Assembly: GCA_028534125.1 (NCBI GenBank)
Contig: CM052816.1
Location: 11,472,001 to 11,536,000, forward strand
Length of the DNA: 64,000 nt
Reading direction: 5' to 3'
Origin: Lama glama
Lineage: Eukaryota
In this document: positions 13,227 to 24,599 of the stretch, one piece after another
How positions within the stretch are numbered: position 1 is the first letter of the stretch
How the letters are laid out: each line of letters opens with the position of its first letter
Program-made: the position numbers and the translations under genes
The notes under the pieces: model-generated
What the model saw: the letters and a program-made list of their open reading frames with translations, nothing else
Told to the model about the DNA's origin: nothing
Database searches by the model: none

Positions 13227-14085
13227 CTGGAAGGAGAAAGGGAGAGGGAGGAAAAAACGATGATTGCTCCGAGAAGTGTCTCCCACCTACATCAAGGCAT
13301 TGTCTCATAAGGCAGTTTGCAAGGACTTTGTTCCAGCTCCCAAGTTTCAGATGACTCATTCTGATTCAGTGCTAGCAGGTATAAGCCTCTGCTCCTGCCT
13401 GCTGGCGGGTCTGAGGAAGCAATCAGCACAGCGACCGACTACTTACTCACTGCCTCTCCGTGTGGAAGGCAAGAGCAGGGACACAGAGCTGGCCTGATGA
13501 GGAGGCCCAGAAAGCCCTCTCCCCCAGCCAGGGCTCCAAGCAGTCGGGCAGTCGGTCCCTCTCCATTCTCAAATGAAAGGCCCCTCAAGGCGCAATTCCT
13601 GTGATGCTCTCTACTCTTTTTTTCTTTTCCCCTTTAAGTTTCTCTCTTATCTGCCTCACATGCAGACAAGTTATGTTTACATAGATAAGTTTACCTGAAT
13701 CTCCTGCAGTTGTAGAATTAGTTCCTTCATATCTCCCCCCATTACTTTGTTCAAGCAATGTGCAAAAAAAAAAAAAAAGTTCTACTAGAAACTAGTTTTC
13801 ACAAAGTGTGTTGCCTCAACTACAGGCCATGGGGCTTGGACTTTTTTTCGTTCTTTCTTTTCTTCCTCCCTTCCTCCCTTCTCGCCCTCTCCCTCTCTCT
13901 CTCTCTCTCTCTCCTCCTCTGGCCTCCACACCTTGATTATCTTGGCCTCAGAGACAATATTCCTCCCATAAGATGAAGTCACACAGCCTGTTTAGTTACT
14001 TGGACAATTGTTCCCAGTTTCAAGTGAAGCAGGCAGGAACTCTGGACCGTGGTCACAGCTTGCAAAAGCCAAGCTGCATATACAG

Positions 14086-14140
14086 GTGTGTGTGTGTGTG
14101 TGTGTGTGTGTGTCTGTGTGTGTGTGTGTGTCTGTGTGTG
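14086..14140. repeat. Interrupted (GT)n microsatellite in SH3RF2 intron 1
   Basis: About 27 GT units with two CT interruptions, read directly. Confidence 0.95.
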
Positions 14141-14199
14141 TATTCTGAAAACAATTCTTGTTCCAGTTTCTTTTCGGATGTCTGAAGCCTCCCGTTTAG

Positions 14200-14790
14200 A
14201 AAAGCCTCCTCGTTAGAGGTCCCAGTCCCTCCGGGCGCCAGGGCATGGGTGAGCGCAGCAGGCGGAGGTTTGGCACGCGCGCCGGTGGCCCCCCTGGTGA
14301 GAAAAGCCAACGCGACACGCGGGGACGAGAGAGGGCGCCTGGCCTTCCCGAGACAACGCTCCAAAGATGTCAGCGCCGGGAGGTGTGCGGGGGCCACTAG
14401 CACTAACCTTGCGCTTTCACCCCGGCAGAGTTCAGTTCAGCCCGGTCCGCGGCTCCGGCCAGGCTCCCTCCAGCCGGCGGCTTCCGTTTCCCCAGGAGCT
14501 GCCGCTGCGGCTGCTTTGAAAACTTTCCCCACTCGAGTCTTACTCATTTCAGGGATCGCCTTACCCAGCCCTGTTAACCCTTTCACCGCCGGGCGCTTTG
14601 CCCCGAGTCCACGCCCTGCTCCTGATCCTCCCTTTGTGTCGCCCGGTCGGTTTCTGGGAAGACATTACACTGGGCAAAATGCAAGCCAGCCCGGAAGGCC
14701 CGGTGTTGACAAAGTTTATATTTTCATCATTCTGGTTTTTCTCTCCTGTCGGCGAAGTTGAAACCCGCTGGGTTATAAACCTGCCAAGGT
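14200..14790. promoter_or_regulatory. CpG island / SH3RF2 promoter
   Basis: Local GC and CpG density far above the flanks (CGCGCGCCGG, GCCGCTGCGG, CCCGGTCCGCGG), immediately upstream of the first coding exon. Confidence 0.8.
14408..14540 (-). other. SH3RF2: Probable non-coding exon 1 of SH3RF2 (5' end approximate)
   Basis: Inside the CpG island, with a strong minus-strand donor CAAG|GTTAGT (GT at 14407-14406) about 1.2 kb upstream of the exon 2 acceptor. An alternative donor TGG|GTAAGG lies at 14564. Confidence 0.55.
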
Positions 14791-15720
14791 GACTGTGTTT
14801 GTTTTGAACTTTTATGAAGATTTCCCAAACAGGTCAAACATATTCATGGTAGCTAGATAGCAATCCAGCCACATAGAAAGTACTGCTCCTTCAAAAAACT
14901 CACAGTCAGTCCTTGAGTTTTGAGATTTCAGAGGGACTTTAGTGATCTTTTTGTTCAGTCTTTTTAAATGAAACAAAACGTGTTGTGATGGTACAGACAT
15001 AGCCTGGAAAAATCAAAGCACAAGAGGGCTTTAAAAGAAAAAAGCAATGTCCCAGTTCCACCCCCACCTCCCTACCCACTGGAGTCTTTTCATAGCCCCA
15101 AATAAATGCTTACACTTCTGTTTCTTGATTTAGCGGTAATATATTTCATGTAACACTCCAAAAGTATCCAGTAAAGTAAATAATAATAATAATAATAATA
15201 TTACTTAACACCACAGTTGCCCTCACCTGTGCCAAGCACTGTTCTATATACTTCACCTACACTAACTCACTCAATCCTTTTAGCAACCCGTGCTAGCATC
15301 ATCATGCACTACAATTTTCTGTACCCTCATTTTACAAAAAAGGAAACGGAGGTGCAGAGAGGTTAGAGAACTCAGCCCAGAGTCACAGCTAGCAAGAAGC
15401 AGGTGGTCTGTGCTCTTAACTCCCATGTCCTATGGTGATACAACTTTAAGGGGAGGAGCGATGGTTGAAGGGAGCTAAACCTTGTCTAGAATGGCAGGAA
15501 GTCAAAAGATCAGGACCCAGACTGACCAATCAACTTCTTTGGCAGGTGAGGCAGCTGTGCCCAGAGAGGTTGAGAGATTCTTTGAAGTAGCCCAGTGAGT
15601 TAGGGGCAGAACTGGGACTAGATACTGAGTGTTCTGTTTTTACTCTATCTTCTCTCTCAGACGTGAGGATGACAATTCTTTATTATACAGAGAGCACTTA
15701 GATATGACTTCATGGGAAAA

Positions 15721-15811
15721 TCTTTTTTCTTTTAATGGAGGTACTGGGGGTAGAACCCAGGGCCTTGTGAATGCTAAGCACATGCTCTGCCACTAGCTAT
15801 AACCTGCCCGC
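15721..15811 (-). mobile_element. tRNA-derived SINE (Vic-type)
   Basis: Reverse copy with TSD CATGGGAAAA at 15711-15720 and 15812-15821. Confidence 0.9.
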
Positions 15812-17329
15812 CATGGGAAAAACTTAAGAGGGGACCAAGAGGTCTGAGAATAGATTGTGGGTTTATATGTTTTTCAAAGTTCTTCCATGTCAGTTCTGAA
15901 AAAGCCAACATGCCTGAAGCTCAAAACAGAGGAGAGCTTTAGGATGGAGCAGATGGAGTCACATGTCCTCTGAGCATAGAGGCCTAATTTGGAGACGTGT
16001 CAATTTCAGAGACCATATTCAATTCCTTTTTTTTTTTTCCGTCTCCCTTTTATGGAGGGTTTTTTTGAGCTTCAACAATATTGCATGGCATTCTGTTGTC
16101 TGTCTCCTTCAATCAATTTCCACTTTACAGTCTGTGCTTATCAAGAAGCCCCTTATGGTTCAAGACCCTTTGCTGTTCCTTCCTCTGTTTCCTGTTTGGT
16201 AAAGCTGAGCTGTCCTCTCTGTGAGCAGCCCTGCAGCCCCCTCACACTCCAGTGCCAGGTCTGGCACTTCTGCTGCAGGGATGGGCAACATTCTCCCTTC
16301 TTCACCTCTCTTGTTCTTAAACACACTTTATCTCCCTGACATATCCACATCGGCATCTGCATGCACAGACACACACTGGCTTGCACAAGGAGAAATATAC
16401 ACATAATCTTAGTAAGTAGCCTTTATGCCACAGACCATTGCTAAGACTTTAAACAGACTATCTCATGCAATCTTCCCAACCACCCTAGAAGGTAGGTGCC
16501 ATAACTTTCCTAGAGTTACAAAGATTGTGATCTGAACCCAGGTTGGTCCAACCCCAGAGCCAATGTTCCTCACCATGATTGCTTCCCATGTTATAAAGTC
16601 AAGTTTATGCCAAAAGTACACCTGTGTATGTTTACATAGGTTTATGTAAAGATATATCTGTAACATTATGTATGCAACCTTTACACACAGGAGAGCCCAA
16701 GCTGCTTTCACTCTTGCTCTCTGTAATCTGTCCAGTCTCCTGGCCCCTCCCTGCCCCTGTGTGGGTCTCAAAAAGCTTCAAATCCACCCATCCCTGAGAA
16801 AACACAAAACCCAGCTTTGTCCCAGGAAGGCAGGCTAGATCTAGGGCCAGCATATTTGACAACTGAAAATTCAGCAGAAAAGAATTATGATCATGGAATT
16901 TTAGACACTGGTGGAAGGCGGAGAAAGTTTACAGTGAATGGGAGTGGTTTTTCAGCACCTTTCACATTACACCCTGTAGGTGGTCTCCAACCTACAAGAG
17001 GTTAGTCTTGGTGGAAGCTTGAGGAGAAATTTTCTTTTGAAGAAACAGGAGGTTTTTCAACGGGGATTTCATCCGGGCTTACCTAAATGCAACCTTGGCG
17101 TCAAATCAGATGAACTAGTCCTCAAAAACAAACAAAAACGTGACCTGTGCATGCCTTCCCAGACTCCTGGCTCAGGCCATCACCCCCACTGCTCCCACCT
17201 CATCAACACTCCTGTTTATATTTGTACGATTATGTCGGGATTACAGGCTGTGCTCTCTTTAAATACCTGTGTGATATTTATGAGCTTCTGCTGCTTGTAT
17301 TTACAAGCATATCTTGATTTATGTAAGGA

Positions 17330-17950
17330 AAAAAAAGCAAATCTGATCATATTGCTCTCCTGTTCAAGATCCTTCAGTGGATTCCCAGTGACCTGAGGAT
17401 AAAACCCCATCCTTTTTCTGACCTATCAGGCCAGACATGATCCCCCTCCTGCGCACCTCACCTGCCTCAACTTACCCCACGTCCCCCCCTCACTCACCCA
17501 CTCCAGTTCCATCCCACTGGGTTTTCCTCTTTACACAGGACAGGTTAAGTTTTTCTGCTGTGGGGTTATTTGTTAATGTTCTCCTTTCTGTCTGCAACAC
17601 ACTTTCTAGTTCCTCTCTTCCTCGTTACTTTCCCCTCCTCCTTTGCTTTCTTCACCCACTCTTGTGAAAGTTTGAGCTTAAATGCCATTTCCTCAGGGAA
17701 GCCTTCCTTAATTCTCCTGACTAGAAAGTTTATCATCCTACACTTGGTAACAGTTATCACAATTGTAATTCAGTAACAATTATAATGTCTTATTTAATGC
17801 CTGATTTCCCCAAAGAGCCTGCAAATTCCAAGAGAACAAAGCGCTTATGAGTGACCATCTGCTCTATCCCTTGTACTTAACATAGTCAGTGGCACGTGGT
17901 TGATGCTTAATTAGTGTTTGTTGAATGGGTTTATGATTGACTGAATCAGT
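17330..17950 (+). mobile_element. L2 3' fragment
   Basis: AATCTGATCATATTGCTCTCCTG..TCCTCAGGGAAGCCTTCCTT..GTGTTTGTTGAATG end motif. Confidence 0.7.
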
Positions 17951-20299
17951 GAATTAATGATGTCCTTTAAAAACTGTGTCTGGGCAGATGTACGTCAAAC
18001 TGCTGATAATGGTTTTGTATTGGACACCTTTTGCATGCCACTTTGCAAGTTCTCAGCCTCACCTCTTAAGCTAAGACATTTCATCAGATTCAGGTGGATG
18101 CCACCTGATGGTGTCAGGACCCTGCCATGTACCTCTTGCCTCCTGCCCCAGAGCTTCTCTGATATTGCAGTGTGGTACACTCACAGGAACTTGCTCTGCA
18201 GTCCCATGTGCACGATCCAAAAGTGTGGACCACCTTTAACTAATGGGGAACCTTTGGATAAGTGCTTCCTCCTTTCATCCTTCGGAGTAGGCAATCCTGA
18301 GATTTCATAAGGCTCTTCAAAAGGTTCTGTGGGATGAGTACCACTCATCCATTTGGGTGGCTAATGCAACAATGCATACTGTACTGTCTCTCCCTCATTC
18401 CGTCTATCCCTTTTTCATCCTTAACACTTGCTCCCAAATAGATTACTTCCAAGCAAGCAAACCTTTGTCCCTGCCTAAGATAATTTCTTTCAAATTTAAA
18501 ATTAAATCACAAAACAGGGATGCAGACAATTTTTGTCAATCAAATTTACTTATTTATTGCAGTTATAATTTTAGAGGTGTGTGTTTCCACTTGACGTGCT
18601 CTTAATCCTTCAGTGGTCTCAGAAGCTTTGCCTTAAAATTAATCATTTGTAAACCATCCCATAAGTCCATCAAAGGAGTCCAGGTAGCTAGAAATCTGAA
18701 GCATTAAAATTGAAAGGATCATGAAGACTTTCTTGACCATCATTGGACTTTTGTTGGCATAGGCCATGTTTTGTAATTCTTTGCTTTCTTTCCTCAGTAG
18801 CTAGTATAAATTTGGATATATGTTTTAAATATTTAAATGGAGCTATATTATCTGTTTCCTTGATGCTAAATTTGCCCCTGTGATTTGGTTTTCTGATGAT
18901 ACTGGGAAACCTTTGGAACTATTCAAGGAGAGGAATGATTGGAGAAAACTGGGCATCTTTCCAATAGTGGAAATGTCTAGGAAGGTGGAATGGCAAGGGT
19001 TGAATGGCTGTTAGACATCCTGCCCTTCTTTGAAAGATGCAGGTCCAGAATGAAGTTAACTGTGAGATACCCTTTCCAGTCAGGAGGATGTCTTCAGCTC
19101 AGGAGTATATTTTAGGGAATTCCTATGCAATCACCAGACCCACAATAAAGGGACCCAAACTCCTGGCAAGGGTATAGAGTCATCCCACATTTTCTAGAGA
19201 TGACTGACAGTCCTTAAGTTTAATGAGAAACAGTATGAACCAGCAGCCATCTGGTCTGAATCCCAGCCCTGCCAGTTACTAGATGGATTAGTTCGCAAAT
19301 TACTCCATTCCTCCATCTCTTGGACTCCTCGTGTTTAAAATGAGTTTACCAATGAAATCTATCTCATTGAGTTGTTCTGAGGAGTCAATGAAATGAGGCA
19401 TCCAAGAAGTGCTTAATAGATGTAGAATACGTTTTGTCTTTTTGTTTTGTAAACAGATCCCATAGGAGAACCAGGAACCCAGTGATTCTTACTCTTGCCC
19501 AAACTCAACCCAAAGGGGAGTATGCCAGGCTATGTGGCTGGCTGGTCCATTCTTCACCGACCACAAGGCTCTAACACCATGTATCCCTAAGCTCGGTTTT
19601 TAGCATTCCACCTTTTTTGTTTTTTGCCCTAATCACATTTTTTTTTATATCGAATCACTTTTTTGTTGTTGAAATAAATGTGTTTTGAAAGGAAATTTAA
19701 ACAATATTCCTGTAAATGGAAAACCAGTTTCATCTGCTGCAATTTGAAGGCAAAAGTACATTTAATTACAATAAAATGCCATTGAATTTCAGTTAAATGA
19801 TATGGCCCGCCTCCACCTGAACTTGAGGCCTGAGCAATTTGTTAAAAAGGGAGACTTAGCAAGTGTCAGAGAGGCATTGACGACTAGCCCCAAACTGAGG
19901 CTTTGTCCTTGATGTGATCAAAGGAGTGAAGGAGAAATGAGCAACCTCCTCACTGTGTGATTCAGTGTTACTTTGTGGTTGGGGTACCCCAGGCTTTGGG
20001 ATGCTCTGTTCTAGTGCATCATAAAGGGACTGGAATGATGCGAAGAACTGAAAGGAGGGCAGAACCCTACCCATTTTCTGTGCCTCAGTTGGGGGTTCAA
20101 CCACCTCTGCATCTGATGAGAGATTCTTACTTGCATTTCTTCCTCTTGATTTTCAATAGAAGACAGTAGTCTACTAAACATAGTTGATAATCTTTCCTCT
20201 ACAGAGGTTTAGGAAGGAGTTCAAAAGGCTGCTGTGTAAGAGAGAAAGTAGGAAAGTGAGAATGTGTCTTACCATTCTATTAATATAAAAAAAATTCGA

Positions 20300-21130
20300 C
20301 TGGTTAAATCCAAGTAAAGTCTGTAGTCTAGTTATTGCATTATGCCAGTGTCCTAGCTTTTATGCCACATTACTGTTACATACAATGTTATCCCTCAGGG
20401 AAGGTTGCTGAAGGGTGCAAACGACTTTTCTGTACCACTTTTTCACTCTTGCAACTTCTTGTGGGCTTATAGTTATTTCAAAAAAAAGAAAAAAAAAAGC
20501 AAGCAAGCAAGAAAAAAAGACCAGTTGAAATTAGCTAAAGACTTACAATACCCTGAAATACCACTGTTAGAAATTTATACTAATGCAACAGATATATACC
20601 CAAGTATGTTCCTCATCTAAATACTTACGGTAGTGAAAAGTTAATAACATCCTTCATGTCCAACATAGGGGAATGGGTAAATGGGTAAGTAAATGGTGGC
20701 ATATATATAATATACACTATGTGCTGGTAGCCCTTAGAACCACTGTTGTGTATGTATGTGTGTGTGTTTATATATATATATATGTATTATATATAACATA
20801 TATAGTATATATATTACAACGAATTGTACCATATGTTACAACTATTGAAAATGACAGTGGAGATATATACTTGATGACATGAAGGATGTTCACAATTAAG
20901 TGAACATAGAAACTCACAAGCCATATGAGCCCAGGTTATTCAAGAATGATACAGAAATAGATAACGTTGAGTCTAGAAGAATGTAGGCCAAAGTGTCACC
21001 GACAGTCATTTCTGGCCACTGGACTTATTAGTTGATTTTAGTCTTTTCATTTTGCTCATGTGTATTTGTAGATGTTCTACAATGAACATACGTTACTAGT
21101 GTAATAAATTTTTTCAAAGATAATAAAAAT
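20300..21130 (+). mobile_element. Old L1 (L1MC/L1ME-type) 3' fragments
   Basis: AAATCCAAGTAAAGTCTGTAGTCTAGTTA..TGTACCACTTTT..A-tail, followed by further L1 3'UTR-like sequence (GTAAATGGTGGCATAT). Confidence 0.6.
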
Positions 21131-23109
21131 AGCTTAAATCATGATAGATTTACTAAAACATTTACAACAGGTGGAGTTAAATCCTCCAACAATAATAGTC
21201 TGTGCATTACAATTAATAAGCTGGCCAAAGAAAGGAAAAGTAAGCTGCAAAGCTCTGAAACTGCTTTAAGTAGATGTTAATCCCTAACAGATACTGCGCC
21301 TCACAAAGGAAGAAGGCTGTGATCGCAACCCGTCTTCCTTCTCTTCCTTCACTGTTTCTTTGCTGATGAAATCAGGACATGTTTTGATTCAAAACCCTGA
21401 GCAGGATGCAACCTTAATTCTATTAAACTCAGGGCAAGTCTGTGCAAAAGCTGACTGTTTGCCTAGGCTGTTGGGTAACCACAACTTTGTACTTGTGATC
21501 GCAGGCAGGAAAAGTTGCAAAACTTAGTAATTCCCTAAATGCCCTGATTAGACCCAGATGCCTCTCTTCACAGGTAGGTCTTCAAGGATAATGTGAAAAT
21601 ACGTGATACACAAAAGGCTTCCTCTTTTTTTAAAATGAGAATTAGAATTGTTTTCCTGTAACTGTCTATAGATGACATTTGTCAAATCAATTAGATTTTT
21701 GGGGGCCCTGTGATGATGCTAATTATATATTAACTATAGAAAATGTTGTTTACTCACTTGTCCCTATAAATTATCTCTCCTCTGCATAATCTCTGTTAAT
21801 AAATCTCTGCTTAATAAATATTTGCTGAGAGGTGAGGATGACTCATTTGTGTTTGGAATTCTTACTGCATTCCAAGGATGAAAGCTCAGGACTTGGAATC
21901 TGCAGACATGCTTTGGAAAATCACTTCTACCATTAAGAGCTCTGTGACTCTGGGTGTTCAATAGCTCTAAGTCCCATCCATAAAAGTGCTATGAGGAATA
22001 TGTAATCCTTAGGCTTGACATAAGGAATAAACTTCCTAGTACGTGTTGGTAGCCCAGTGTCTGGTGCATAGAAGTTGACTGAAAGATATTACTGGCTGTA
22101 ACTGACCTCTTTCTGTCATTGTTTCTAACTTACTCTAGTGGTTAAGACTGTAAGCTCTGATGTCAGAAGGCCGATGCCATCTTCCTGAATAAGAGGATGC
22201 TCTAGAGCGAGTTGATTAAAAACACTCTGTACTTGGTTTTCTCATCTGTAAAACAGGGATGCTAACTAGCACCTGTTCCATAGGATCGTTGTGTGCGTAT
22301 ACTGAGAAAATGCTTATAAAATGCTTCAAAGAGTGTGACACAGAGTCAGTGCTAAGTAAAGGATAGCCATTATCCTCTTACCAGGCCTCTTATTATCTAT
22401 CGTGTTGCATCTAAAGCACAGTTTAAAACTAAGCCCCACTCCTGGCTTCTTTTCCTCAAGGAGTTATTCATTCTGATTTGCCCATTACATAAAGTGTCAG
22501 CTCACACAGTAGCTGCCCAGTGGCTTATGTGGTGTTGGCCATTGCAGCATCCTAGAGGACATTCAGAGGGGGTGGGGTTGGCTATTATGTTAGAATAAAT
22601 AATAACAAAGAACATTATTTTGTGTCAGATTCTCTGCAAAGAACTATCACCCTGTTATTACCCCGTCTTAATAGATGAGGCGACAGACTTAGAGGGGTTA
22701 TGTTTTGCCCCAGCTAGTGCTTGAGGGAGGTCAGGACGTCTACCCAGGCAACCTCTACTCTTAACCTTCAAGTCATCCCATTCGCTGCATTTATCATGTT
22801 TAAAAAAAAAAAAAGAGGCTATTTTAGTCAATTCCTTATTGTAATTTTGATCCCAGATTTTTATCTTTGGTTCCACTCAGTAGAGCCCAAACCTTGGAAA
22901 CGTAAGCAGCCTTTACTCAGTAACATCAGGTTAACATACATCAAACAGAAGGGGAAATAAGCCTGAAACAGAAAGTAAAGGAGTACAGTATCTTGTTTAG
23001 ATAAAATAATAAGAAATGCCAAAAGCCTAAAGACTAATCAATATATGTGGATGAAAATTTCTTTTGTTTTTAATAACAAATGGAGAATCCCATAAATATA
23101 ACCTGAATG

Positions 23110-23609
23110 NNNNNNNNNNNNNNNNNNNNNNNNNNNNNNNNNNNNNNNNNNNNNNNNNNNNNNNNNNNNNNNNNNNNNNNNNNNNNNNNNNNNNNNNNNN
23201 NNNNNNNNNNNNNNNNNNNNNNNNNNNNNNNNNNNNNNNNNNNNNNNNNNNNNNNNNNNNNNNNNNNNNNNNNNNNNNNNNNNNNNNNNNNNNNNNNNNN
23301 NNNNNNNNNNNNNNNNNNNNNNNNNNNNNNNNNNNNNNNNNNNNNNNNNNNNNNNNNNNNNNNNNNNNNNNNNNNNNNNNNNNNNNNNNNNNNNNNNNNN
23401 NNNNNNNNNNNNNNNNNNNNNNNNNNNNNNNNNNNNNNNNNNNNNNNNNNNNNNNNNNNNNNNNNNNNNNNNNNNNNNNNNNNNNNNNNNNNNNNNNNNN
23501 NNNNNNNNNNNNNNNNNNNNNNNNNNNNNNNNNNNNNNNNNNNNNNNNNNNNNNNNNNNNNNNNNNNNNNNNNNNNNNNNNNNNNNNNNNNNNNNNNNNN
23601 NNNNNNNNN
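23110..23609. other. Assembly gap (500 N)
   Basis: Exactly 500 N. Confidence 0.99.
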
Positions 23610-24599
23610 GTCTGCCTCTTCCACTTGCAGTATTTGTGCCAGTCAGCTGTGGGTAGATTAGGAGTAGAGGAGTATGGTTATGGAAGAAAAGGGCTCAAAT
23701 GTTGGACAGTTCATCTCTTGATGTCACTCTCCAGCTTTGCCACTCTTTGCCCCTTGCTTGGGGCAAAAAAAAAAAAAAAAAGACCTGGATTCTAACCCAT
23801 CTTCAGCATTTTGTCATTATCTGCTGAAAATTTAAAGATGTATTTCTTTTCACGCAAGTCATTTCACATTTAGTTTATTCAAGAGAAATGCCCAAATACC
23901 CAAAGATATATACAAAAGCATTTACTGTTACAGTGTTTGTAACTAGAGATAAATGGAACTAACCTAAACATCCATCAGGAAGGGATTGGTTCGATAAAGC
24001 ATAATGTCGTCACCCAGAGGAATATGTAGGTAGAGCTGTATGTGCTGACACGGATATAATAGAAAAGAGATTATAGGCAGTGCTCACGATACTCATAGTA
24101 TTACAGAGGGTTTTGTAAGGACAGACATCAGTGATTGCAAACTCAAATGCACATGGGGGCCAGACTGGTTTTATAAATGGGTCAGGTAGGGACTATGACA
24201 ACCTTGGGAGCACACCCTATGTGAAAGCAAATGGCACCACTCAGCTGCAGCGAATCATTGCCAATAGGGTGGCGGATCTTTGAATTTTCCAAGGAGAGCT
24301 GTTAATCACAGTACTTTTCACACTGCTTTGTAGTAGTCCGTTTCCTTCTCTGCCACCTTCAAAGCTCCATAAAAGTATCCCAATTCCATGAAACTCTTGA
24401 TTTTTTTTTATTTCGTGGCAACTAATAGAATTATCTTTAAAAATATTGTACACGATCATCTGTAAACTGGATTTGTCTTTCAGGCTCACTGCATGTCAAC
24501 CTCTGAAACACTCTTAACAATGGCTGTCTCTGGAAAATCATAGTATGGGCCACTGTCAGAGTATGGGTTTCCACTGTCTGTACATTGCTTTATGTTTGA

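Noticed and set aside
13655..13675. Possible p53/p63 site (CATG..CAAG)
   Set aside because: The cores are 8 nt apart rather than the canonical 10.
14249..14761. 170-aa Ala/Pro/Arg-rich ORF
   Set aside because: Stop-codon depletion typical of a CpG island; no domain signature.
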